In this document: in pieces, positions 35,630 to 43,565 of the stretch | Numbering within the stretch: position 1 is the stretch's first letter | How the letters are laid out: every line of letters starts with the position of its first letter | Assembly: GCA_050251875.1 (NCBI GenBank) | Contig: JBFWMA010000009.1 | Location: 28,951 to 92,950 of the forward strand | Reading direction: 5' to 3' | From: Deferribacterales bacterium | GTDB taxonomy: Bacteria; Chrysiogenota; Deferribacteres; Deferribacterales; Geovibrionaceae | DNA: 64,000 bases | Translations under genes and position numbers: made by a program | The notes under the pieces: model-generated | Database searches by the model: none | Seen by the model: the letters and a program-made list of their open reading frames with translations, nothing else | Told to the model about the DNA's origin: nothing

Positions 35630-37537
35630 ATGCGTTATTTTTATATATTATTATTGTGTATGATTTTTATGCTTGCGGGATGCGGCGGCGGCGGTTCGTC
35701 AACACCTTCCGCAACATATGACGGCACAGTAACTGTAACAACGGACAGCTCGGGCAGGGCTAATATAGTCAGCTCAAGTCTGGGTGTTACATACGAGATT
35801 CTGGCGCTGGACAGCTCAAATAATCCCGTGTCAGGCGTTACTGTCGTCTATTCAGAAGTTGACGGTAAATCTGTAATATATATCAAAGACGGTACAGGGA
35901 CATATGACGACGTAGTCCTTATAGGCACACCCACTGAGCTTGCGTCTGCGGCACCCAGATTCCTCAGCAAAACATACGCTAAATCAACTGCATATAACCT
36001 CGGCGTTACTCTGCAAAACAGAACAGCGTCAGCTATAGGATTCACTTCAAACGCCTATGACCTGCATCAAGTATATATGTCGGCAGGCACAGGCACAGGC
36101 TGGACAACAGACTGCTACACTTCATCTGAGCTTATATCAGAGCTTCAGGGGATGGGCACAGCCAAAGAGGCGATAATCAGCTTCAGCGGCACCGTTGCAG
36201 ACTCTGACATTCAATATATCAAACTGGCTGGCTCATGGTTTTCAAACAGCGGATTCAGCACAGCGATGCAGACAAGGCTGAAGGCTGTCTATGGTCTGGA
36301 CGATACTACTCTGCCTCTGGCAAATTTTCAGATGACATGCTATCAGCCTTCGTTAGGCGCTCTATACGACAACGGTATAGGTACGATATGCGGGATAACC
36401 AAATCATCTTCTGTATGCCAAACGAACAATGCCCCCGTGATAAGCGGTACGCCGACAACATATCAAAAGGTTGGCACATACAGCTTTGCTCCCACCGCTA
36501 CTGACGCTGATGGTAATCAGCTGACATGGTACATTATGAACAAACCTAGCTGGGCAACATTCGACACATCCACAGGCAAGCTGTCTGGTACAGCAACAGC
36601 AGGTATTTACAATGGCATAACAATCATCGCTACTGACGACACTAGTTCAGACTCTATTACATTTGACCTGACGATAGTCACATTGATATTGACCAAATCA
36701 GGTCAGACTACAGTCTCAGTCGACTATGACGATGGCTATTACCGGAAAGGAACAACAGCTGATTTTGTAAGAAGCGAGCCCAAAACAGGTGAGTATATAG
36801 TTACCGACAATCTGACCGGTCTTGTTTGGCAGGATAATGATGCTGCAGCATCGACAACGGCAACATGGGATAATGCACCTGCTGTCTGCACAGCACTCAA
36901 CTCATCAACATACGGTGGGTACAATGACTGGCGGATGCCTACCAGAGAAGAGCTTAACTTGATAGTTGACTACGGAAAGGTTAGTCCTGCGATAAATTCA
37001 GCATTTAATAATACGTATTCGTACGGATATTGGTCATCTAATACAGTTGTATCGAACACTGACTATGCTTGGTATGTCTTCTTTGCTACAGGCACTAATG
37101 GTGTATACATTAAGACAGGAAGTTTCAATGTCAGGTGTGTTCGCGGTGATTCTTATCCGTCTGCAGATTTTGAAAGAGATGCCGACTTTGGAATCGTTAC
37201 AGACAATCGCACAGGACTTATGTGGCAGGATGATGCTGTAACTTCCGCAATGACATGGGCTGCCGCCATAACTTATTGCGAAGATAAAACTCTTGGAAAT
37301 TATTTCGACTGGAGACTTCCAAACCAGAGAGAACTTTTGACGATATCCGACATCAGTGTATCAAGTAATGCTATAAGTTCAACATTTGCAAAAGTTATGA
37401 CGTATCCGTACTGGTCGTCTACTACTTTAGTATCTGACGATACTAAAGCATGGTGGACCGACTTCGACGAAGGCTCTGTCTATCCAGAGGGTAAGACTTC
37501 TTTCTATTACGTCCGCTGTGTCCGCGGCGGTCAGTAA
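35630..37537 (+). CDS. Surface lipoprotein, paralog 3 (same architecture)
   Basis: The start region and the upstream 27-28-nt spacer are nearly identical to paralog 2. Same domain order, ending YVRCVRGGQ. Confidence 0.75.
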   Translation: MRYFYILLLCMIFMLAGCGGGGSSTPSATYDGTVTVTTDSSGRANIVSSSLGVTYEILALDSSNNPVSGVTVVYSEVDGKSVIYIKDGTGTYDDVVLIGTPTELASAAPRFLSKTYAKSTAYNLGVTLQNRTASAIGFTSNAYDLHQVYMSAGTGTGWTTDCYTSSELISELQGMGTAKEAIISFSGTVADSDIQYIKLAGSWFSNSGFSTAMQTRLKAVYGLDDTTLPLANFQMTCYQPSLGALYDNGIGTICGITKSSSVCQTNNAPVISGTPTTYQKVGTYSFAPTATDADGNQLTWYIMNKPSWATFDTSTGKLSGTATAGIYNGITIIATDDTSSDSITFDLTIVTLILTKSGQTTVSVDYDDGYYRKGTTADFVRSEPKTGEYIVTDNLTGLVWQDNDAAASTTATWDNAPAVCTALNSSTYGGYNDWRMPTREELNLIVDYGKVSPAINSAFNNTYSYGYWSSNTVVSNTDYAWYVFFATGTNGVYIKTGSFNVRCVRGDSYPSADFERDADFGIVTDNRTGLMWQDDAVTSAMTWAAAITYCEDKTLGNYFDWRLPNQRELLTISDISVSSNAISSTFAKVMTYPYWSSTTLVSDDTKAWWTDFDEGSVYPEGKTSFYYVRCVRGGQ

Positions 37538-37562
37538 AAGATTGGATTTTTGATGAAAAGAG

Positions 37563-37597
37563 AACGCCGCACCTTTTATAGATGCGGCGTTTTTTTA
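37563..37597. terminator. Terminator between the lipoprotein array and convergent ilvD
   Basis: AACGCCGCA-N11-TGCGGCGTT followed by a T7 run. Confidence 0.7.
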
Positions 37598-37605
37598 TAT
37601 GCGGG

Positions 37606-39453
37606 TTATTTTTCTACCTGACTTACGTCTCTCACTGCGCCTCTGGCGGCGCTGGTTGTCATGGCGGCATAGGCTCGCAGAGCGGCGGAGACTTTTCTGG
37701 TTCTGCTGCCGGGTTTCCATGCCTTGGCGCCTTTTGCTTCCATAGCCTTGCGTCTTTCTGCCATTGCGGCGTCCGAAATGGCTACTTCTATAGTTCTGCT
37801 CGGAATGTCTATGTTGATGGTGTCGCCTTCTTCTATCAAACCGATGTTGCCGCCCTCAGCCGCCTCGGGTGAGACGTGACCGATGGACAGACCTGATGTG
37901 CCTCCGGAGAAGCGTCCGTCTGTGATAAGGGCGCAGGCTTTGCCCAGTCCTTTTGATTTAAGATAGCTGGTGGGATAGAGCATCTCCTGCATACCGGGAC
38001 CTCCTTTGGGTCCTTCGTAGCGGATGATTACCACATCGCCGGCTTTTATCTTGTCTGTCAGGATTGCGCTGACTGCGGCGTCCTGACTTTCGAAGATGCG
38101 CGCGGGACCAGAGAATTTAAGTATGCTGGCATCCACGCCCGCAGTTTTTACAATACATCCGTCCAGAGCGAGGTTGCCGTAAAGAACGGCGAGACCGCCA
38201 TCCTGGCTGTATGCGTGGGCTTTGTCCCTGATGCATCCTTTCTCTCTGTCGGTGTCCAGAGTGTCATATTTTTTGTTCTGGCTGAATGGCTCGATGGTGG
38301 GCACGTTGCCGGGAGCCGCCATGTAGCGGGGCTTGGCAGTTTCGCTGGTCATTATGTCCCATTTGTTAAGCACTTCGCCCAGATTTATCTGCTGTACGGT
38401 GTTTTGGTCTTTGTTTATCAGTCCGGCTCTGTTCAGCTCCGCCAGAATACCGATAACGCCGCCTGCACGGTGAACGTCTTCCATGTGATATTCCTGAGTG
38501 GAGGGGGCTACCTTGCAGAGGTGGGGAACTATTCTGGAGAGCCTGTCTATATCCTTCATGGTGAAGTCGACTTCCGCCTCCTGCGCCACGGCAAGCAGGT
38601 GCAGAACGGTGTTGGTGGAACCGCCCATGGCTATGTCCAGAGACATGGCGTTTTCAAAGGTTTTTTTGGTGGCGATGGATCTGGGGAGAACGGAGTAGTC
38701 ATCGTTCAGATAGTAGGCTTTGCACAGGTCAACTATGCGTCTGCCCGCCTCCAGAAAGAGTTCTTTTCTCTCTGCGTGTGTGGCGACCAGACTGCCGTTG
38801 CCGGGCAGTGCCATTCCCAGAGCTTCCGCCAGACAGTTCATTGAGTTGGCGGTGAACATGCCTGAGCAGGAGCCGCATGTGGGGCATGCTGACCTTTCCA
38901 TTGTCAGACAGTCGGAATCGGATACTTTGTCGTTTCCTGCGGCTATCATGGCGTCTATCAGATCCATTTTGGTGAATCTTCCGCCCACTTCGGCTTTTCC
39001 CGCCTCCATAGGACCGCCGGAAACAAATATTGCAGGGATGTTAAGGCGCATGGCTGCCATGAGCATCCCGGGGGTTATCTTGTCGCAGTTGGATATGCAG
39101 ACCAGAGCGTCTGCGCAGTGTGCGTTTGCCATGTATTCCACGGAGTCGGCGATTATCTCTCTGGAAGGAAGGCTGTAGAGCATTCCATCGTGTCCCATGG
39201 CGATTCCGTCATCTATGGCGATAGTGTTCATCTCTTTTGCTACGCCGCCCGCTTTTTCTATCTCTTCGGCGACTAACTGTCCGATGTCTTTCAGGTGGAC
39301 GTGTCCGGGGACGAACTGGGTAAAAGAGTTGACCACGGCTATTATCGGTTTGTTTTCAAAATCCTGTTCTTTCATGCCTGTGGCGCGCCATAAGGCTCTT
39401 GCGCCTGCCATGTTTCTGCCTTTTGTGCTGGTGTGCGAACGATAAGCTGGCAT
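37606..39453 (-). CDS. ilvD: Dihydroxy-acid dehydratase
   Basis: [27 protein letters not shown] matches the E. coli IlvD N-terminus almost residue for residue. CDKITPGM and the C-terminal GAVRDVSQ are present. Start moved 10 codons inside the track ORF. Confidence 0.95.
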   Translation of the reverse strand: MPAYRSHTSTKGRNMAGARALWRATGMKEQDFENKPIIAVVNSFTQFVPGHVHLKDIGQLVAEEIEKAGGVAKEMNTIAIDDGIAMGHDGMLYSLPSREIIADSVEYMANAHCADALVCISNCDKITPGMLMAAMRLNIPAIFVSGGPMEAGKAEVGGRFTKMDLIDAMIAAGNDKVSDSDCLTMERSACPTCGSCSGMFTANSMNCLAEALGMALPGNGSLVATHAERKELFLEAGRRIVDLCKAYYLNDDYSVLPRSIATKKTFENAMSLDIAMGGSTNTVLHLLAVAQEAEVDFTMKDIDRLSRIVPHLCKVAPSTQEYHMEDVHRAGGVIGILAELNRAGLINKDQNTVQQINLGEVLNKWDIMTSETAKPRYMAAPGNVPTIEPFSQNKKYDTLDTDREKGCIRDKAHAYSQDGGLAVLYGNLALDGCIVKTAGVDASILKFSGPARIFESQDAAVSAILTDKIKAGDVVIIRYEGPKGGPGMQEMLYPTSYLKSKGLGKACALITDGRFSGGTSGLSIGHVSPEAAEGGNIGLIEEGDTINIDIPSRTIEVAISDAAMAERRKAMEAKGAKAWKPGSRTRKVSAALRAYAAMTTSAARGAVRDVSQVEK

Positions 39454-39606
39454 TAAATCCCCCTCGATTTTGTAATATGTCATAATCTAATGAATTTTAC
39501 ATGGTTAAACAAGAATGAATTTAGCTTTATTTCAGTAAAAAAAGGATGTGGATTTGTTTAGACATGCGACAGTATCTGACGCTTGTTCCTGTCATAATAC
39601 TAAAAG

Positions 39607-40158
39607 ATGGAGGATATTATGGTGGAAGCAGTGCTTGCAGTTTTCTTCATATTCATATTTCTGACAGTATTTGTTTGGCTGGCTATAGGGGCATATCATG
39701 TTCTTAAGTTTCTGTTGCCGTTGATGTTGCGTCTATTGATTTTCATGCTCTTTCGTGTTTCCGTCATAAAGCCTGGCGTCCTTAAATCATTCTACGGAAG
39801 CTATTTTATCACATATCTCAGATGGGATGATGAAAACCGAAAAACACATTCAACAAAAGATAAAGGCGTAAAAATTAAGAGAATGTATTACGGATTCAAG
39901 GACGGTATGGTGTATTCTGATTTTAATCTTGAGCTTGAAGACGGCGAAGTCTGGTCTGAGAGTGCATTTGGTAAGGTGTTCGATAATGCCGACTGCTATT
40001 GCGAGGTTAGAGGCTGGTTCACTGTTTATTGCAGAGGCAGGGCAAAATATCCGAACGGACGCACAGCGCCGTTTGAAATCAGCATGATGAAATTCAGCAA
40101 CAGAGTGGTGAAAAGATGTTTCCGATGCTTCAAAGAGGAGAAAACATGGGACTGCTAA
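39607..40158 (+). CDS. Hypothetical membrane protein
   Basis: 183-aa ORF with two N-terminal hydrophobic helices. No family recognised. Confidence 0.35.
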   Translation: MEDIMVEAVLAVFFIFIFLTVFVWLAIGAYHVLKFLLPLMLRLLIFMLFRVSVIKPGVLKSFYGSYFITYLRWDDENRKTHSTKDKGVKIKRMYYGFKDGMVYSDFNLELEDGEVWSESAFGKVFDNADCYCEVRGWFTVYCRGRAKYPNGRTAPFEISMMKFSNRVVKRCFRCFKEEKTWDC

Positions 40159-40367
40159 TATTCATGATAATACTGCACATAGGATGCGGAATTGCCGCAG
40201 CCATGATAGCAGACAAAAAAAACCGAAACCCTTTAACAGGTTTTTTATACGGCGTAACCATGCTTTTTCTAGGCGTTATCATCGCCCATATGACCTCTAA
40301 GGTGGAAAAATACGATGAGTATGGGATTCAATGTGGAGGAATAAAAGAAAACCGAGGAACAGATTAA
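40146..40367 (+). CDS. Small two-TM membrane protein
   Basis: MGLLIFMIILHIGCGIAAAMIADKKNRN...GVIIAHM, with GAGGAG 6 nt upstream of this ATG. Confidence 0.4.
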   Translation: MGLLIFMIILHIGCGIAAAMIADKKNRNPLTGFLYGVTMLFLGVIIAHMTSKVEKYDEYGIQCGGIKENRGTD

Positions 40368-40459
40368 GATAATAGTAGTCGAAGACTGAATATGTTCCCT
40401 GCTATCGCAGGGAAAACCGCAAAGATTTTTAGCTTAGCTGTTGATAATTTGTAGAAGAA

Positions 40460-40504
40460 TGGCGCCCCCGGCATGACTCGAACATGCGGCCTCTGGATTA
40501 GGAA
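40460..40504 (-). other. 3' half of a tRNA-Arg(CCT) gene (anticodon loop to CCA): attachment-site remnant, not a functional tRNA
   Basis: The minus strand reads TTCCTAA (loop with CCT anticodon)-TCCAG-AGGCC-GCATG-TTCGAGT-CATGC-CGGGGGC-G-CCA. No complementary 5' acceptor (GCCCCCG), D-arm or 5' anticodon stem follows. An integrase gene starts 200 nt away. Confidence 0.7.
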
Positions 40505-40702
40505 TATTATGTTATTAGGTAAATGTCTAAATCTATCAATGGGAGCGAGATTACTTGAAGCAGATTTGAAACAGTCGTCAGAATAATGCGAAATCATTCA
40601 ATTTTTATCACGGGCGGATGTGTGTCAGAATTTTACTTTTGATAAACTACTTTGTTTGGTAACAAGGCGATTGTTATTCTGGTTGGAGAGTGCTTTGAAA
40701 TG

Positions 40703-41689
40703 CTATTTATTGCTGATATCGATTTTGATTTTGCTCACTGCGGCTTTAAGATGATCGTTGGTAAGGTGAGCATATATTTCTGTGGTCTTGATATCTGTAT
40801 GGCCGAGAAGGTCTCTGATTGTTTGTAATGAAGATCCTGACATAGCTATAAGGCTTGCAAATGTATGTCTTAAATTATGAAGTTTCATCTCTGGGTATCC
40901 AGCTTTAATCATGTATTTCTTCATCTTGTGTGTGATGGTGTCGTGATGCATCTGATAGAGTTTACCGACTCTATGCGGGATTTGTTCAATGACCTCCATT
41001 AAAGAATCATTTATGGGAATCCATCTGTCTAAGTGTGTTTTGCTCTTTTTGACATGGATTACTCTGTTTTTTAAATCAATATCCTGCCAAGTCAGATTTA
41101 AAAGTTCATCACGCCTGCAACCGCTAAGAATATAGAAGAAAAATGCTGATTTAATTACAGGGCTGTCGATTATGTCTGCAATTTTATTGATGTCTTCTAA
41201 ATTCAAGAACTGTGGTGCTTTACGGTCTATTTTAAGTTGTTTGTATCCTTGTAATGTGTTCTTAGGTAGCAGTTCCCACTCGTATGCTTTGCCAAATGCA
41301 GCTTTTAAGTTCCTGATGTCGATATTGATGGTTGTTTTTGCAAGACCTTGCCCAAGTCTTAATTCAACGAATCTGTCTATGTCTCTTTTTGTAATTTTAG
41401 AGATATCCTTGTCGCCGATAAAATCTTCAAATGCTTTCAGTGTGTATTCCATTCTCTGAAATGTGCCTAACGTCTTTGTCGCTTTATAATTTGTGAGGCA
41501 TGACTGTTTGAAAACGGAGAATTTTTCAGAATTGTGGATTTCGCTTATTTTGCCTTCGAGCAAATCTTTTTGATATTTACGGAAGAGTATTTGAGCCTCT
41601 TTCTTATCTTTTGTCTTAAGGCTTTTTTTATTGTTTCTGTCAAAGTAGATATACCATGTGCCGATGCCTGGGTATTGCCACAATTTCAT
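40703..41689 (-). CDS. int: Tyrosine recombinase / phage-type integrase
   Basis: C-terminal catalytic signature HNLRHTFASL...LLGHTDIKTTEIYAH. N-terminal SAM-like domain. Confidence 0.9.
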   Translation of the reverse strand: MKLWQYPGIGTWYIYFDRNNKKSLKTKDKKEAQILFRKYQKDLLEGKISEIHNSEKFSVFKQSCLTNYKATKTLGTFQRMEYTLKAFEDFIGDKDISKITKRDIDRFVELRLGQGLAKTTINIDIRNLKAAFGKAYEWELLPKNTLQGYKQLKIDRKAPQFLNLEDINKIADIIDSPVIKSAFFFYILSGCRRDELLNLTWQDIDLKNRVIHVKKSKTHLDRWIPINDSLMEVIEQIPHRVGKLYQMHHDTITHKMKKYMIKAGYPEMKLHNLRHTFASLIAMSGSSLQTIRDLLGHTDIKTTEIYAHLTNDHLKAAVSKIKIDISNK

Positions 41690-41697
41690 TACTGTTG

Positions 41698-42006
41698 TTA
41701 TCCTCCTGTTCGTTTTTTCAGATCAAGGTACTTCTTGTTGGTGTCCTCTTTTAATCCGCTGTAAAAGTCGTCTATGCTGTTTTTGTCAATTACCCATTTT
41801 CCAGGAAAACCTTTTTTGCCGTCTTCCTGATAGCCGTGTATCTTTCCGGTGTTGAGTTTGTCCAGCAGCCAGTTTTTAGATCTGCCGCCAGCATATTCAC
41901 ATGCCTCTGCCATCGAGAGCCATCTGTGTGAATATTGCTTTGCCTCAAGATGCTTTTCTATCCCATTCAGTTTTTCAAGTATCAGATTGATGTCTGAGTC
42001 GCTCAT
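41698..42006 (-). CDS. xis: Excisionase-like HTH (MerR/HTH_17-type) protein
   Basis: 102 aa. WLSMAEACEYAGGRSKNWLLDKLNTGKI is a typical Xis/AlpA-type HTH. It lies directly upstream of int. Confidence 0.55.
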   Translation of the reverse strand: MSDSDINLILEKLNGIEKHLEAKQYSHRWLSMAEACEYAGGRSKNWLLDKLNTGKIHGYQEDGKKGFPGKWVIDKNSIDDFYSGLKEDTNKKYLDLKKRTGG

Positions 42007-42019
42007 ATTCAGCTCGAAT

Positions 42020-42388
42020 TTATAAATTTGCTGTCGAGCTGATAAGGCTTGATACTTTGGTGCTGTTTATTTTAAACTTTCTAACTCCAAGATCAGTTAT
42101 AACTTCTATTTTTACAGGCTTTGCTAATTCGTTTAAAAATCTGACATAATTTTTGAGAGACTCTTTTTCATCTATTTCATCGCTGGGGTTCGGGATCGTA
42201 TTAAAATAGTCCAATGAAACACCGAGGTATGCGGAGAAATTCGAAAGAATTTCAATGCTGGGCATCCTGTTACCTGAGAGATAATTGGACAGCCGTGATG
42301 GTGAGAGCCCCAATGCTTTGCATACGTCAATTTGTTTCATTCCTTTTTCTTTGATGAGAGTCCTCATCCTCTCTGAAGTTGTGCTCAT
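42020..42388 (-). CDS. XRE-family transcriptional regulator
   Basis: RMRTLIKEKGMKQIDVCKALGLSPSRLSNYLSGNRMPSIEIL is an HTH_3 motif. Confidence 0.8.
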   Translation of the reverse strand: MSTTSERMRTLIKEKGMKQIDVCKALGLSPSRLSNYLSGNRMPSIEILSNFSAYLGVSLDYFNTIPNPSDEIDEKESLKNYVRFLNELAKPVKIEVITDLGVRKFKINSTKVSSLISSTANL

Positions 42389-42772
42389 TTCTGTTCTCCT
42401 GTTCGATGGTATTAGGTAATTTCAAAGTGGTGGTATTGTTATTTCTTTCTTTGGTACTAAATGTAGAAAAAAGCGGTAACTTTTTTATTTTATTTATATA
42501 CTCTTCGCCTGACTCAAGGTTGTCAAATTCAACAGGATTGCCGTTTATGGTACATAAATATCTGGTATTATTGTGCATGATGAGCAGGTTGTATGTTCCT
42601 TGATTATTTTTTATGAGTACCATATTGAAAATATATTCTACAATAAGTAGCATGTCAAGACGTGATGTGTTTGCTCATGTGGATGATGTGAGATATGGTG
42701 TAAATTAATTGACAATGGAGATAATATTTAATAATATTAACTTGCTATTAGAAAAATTTATGATTTGTAAAA

Positions 42773-43417
42773 TTATGAGGATTTCTTTTGTGAGGGGGTT
42801 ATCTTTTTATAATACTGAAGGCTTTTTTCCTTTTCAGCTTGTTTTAGTAAATCTCTAATGCTGTCAGCATCAAGATCCTTGGCTATATCTAAAAGTTTCT
42901 GTATTTCTTTTGATTTTGGGTTCTCTTGCTCATTTGAGAGTGCTTCTTCGAGTGAGACTTCATTGAAAAAGTATCCGACTGGGGTGTTTAGTGCGTGAGC
43001 AATGTTTTGAAGCACGCTCAGTGATGGAACCCTTAGGTTGTTCTTATAATGGCTTATGCTTTTTATGCCGACGCCAATGTCAAGTGCTGCGAGATCTTCG
43101 TATGTCATGCGTTTTGCATCTAATAATCTTTGTAATAGTTCCCCGAAGGATTGTTGGTGTAGCGGTTTTATCGATGATTGTTTGTTGACTTTGTCTGCGT
43201 CACCAAACAGGTAAGATATGTCTATCTCAAGGGCTTTTGCTATTTTATATATAGTGTCAGGGGTTATTCCTTTTCTTGCCCCGGTGAGGAATCTGTTAAG
43301 GTTGTGGTGCGATATCTTCGCTATGCCGGATAGTTTTGCTTGAGACATTCCTGAATTTGCGATGGCTTCTTTCAGGCGTTCTCTGATAATTTCGTCTATG
43401 TTATCTGTTTTCTCCAT
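42773..43417 (-). CDS. XRE-family regulator with two HTH_3 domains
   Basis: RLKEAIANSGMSQAKLSGIAKISHHNLNRFLTG and LLDAKRMTYEDLAALDIGVGIKSISHYKNN. It is divergent from rep. Confidence 0.75.
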   Translation of the reverse strand: MEKTDNIDEIIRERLKEAIANSGMSQAKLSGIAKISHHNLNRFLTGARKGITPDTIYKIAKALEIDISYLFGDADKVNKQSSIKPLHQQSFGELLQRLLDAKRMTYEDLAALDIGVGIKSISHYKNNLRVPSLSVLQNIAHALNTPVGYFFNEVSLEEALSNEQENPKSKEIQKLLDIAKDLDADSIRDLLKQAEKEKSLQYYKKITPSQKKSS

Positions 43418-43565
43418 GTTGAATATTATCACTCTATTTTTGTTTTGTCGCTATATGCCATATGGTGTATAAATATTCTTGAATTGTTCATTTGGATGAT
43501 ATAATCTTGTTCAGTTGAGAAATATGAAATTTGAGCAGGTTATATTGTGCTATTAATCCGAATCC

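Noticed and set aside
40460-40540. Complete tRNA gene next to the integrase
   Set aside because: Only the anticodon loop to CCA is present. The sequence 5' of it has no complementary acceptor strand, D-arm or anticodon-stem 5' strand.
42327-42653. 108-aa minus-strand ORF overlapping the XRE regulator start by 62 nt
   Set aside because: It is very AT-rich and Asn/Ile/Lys-rich with no motif, and the large overlap with a confident gene argues against it. It may contain a shorter real ORF, but I cannot support one.
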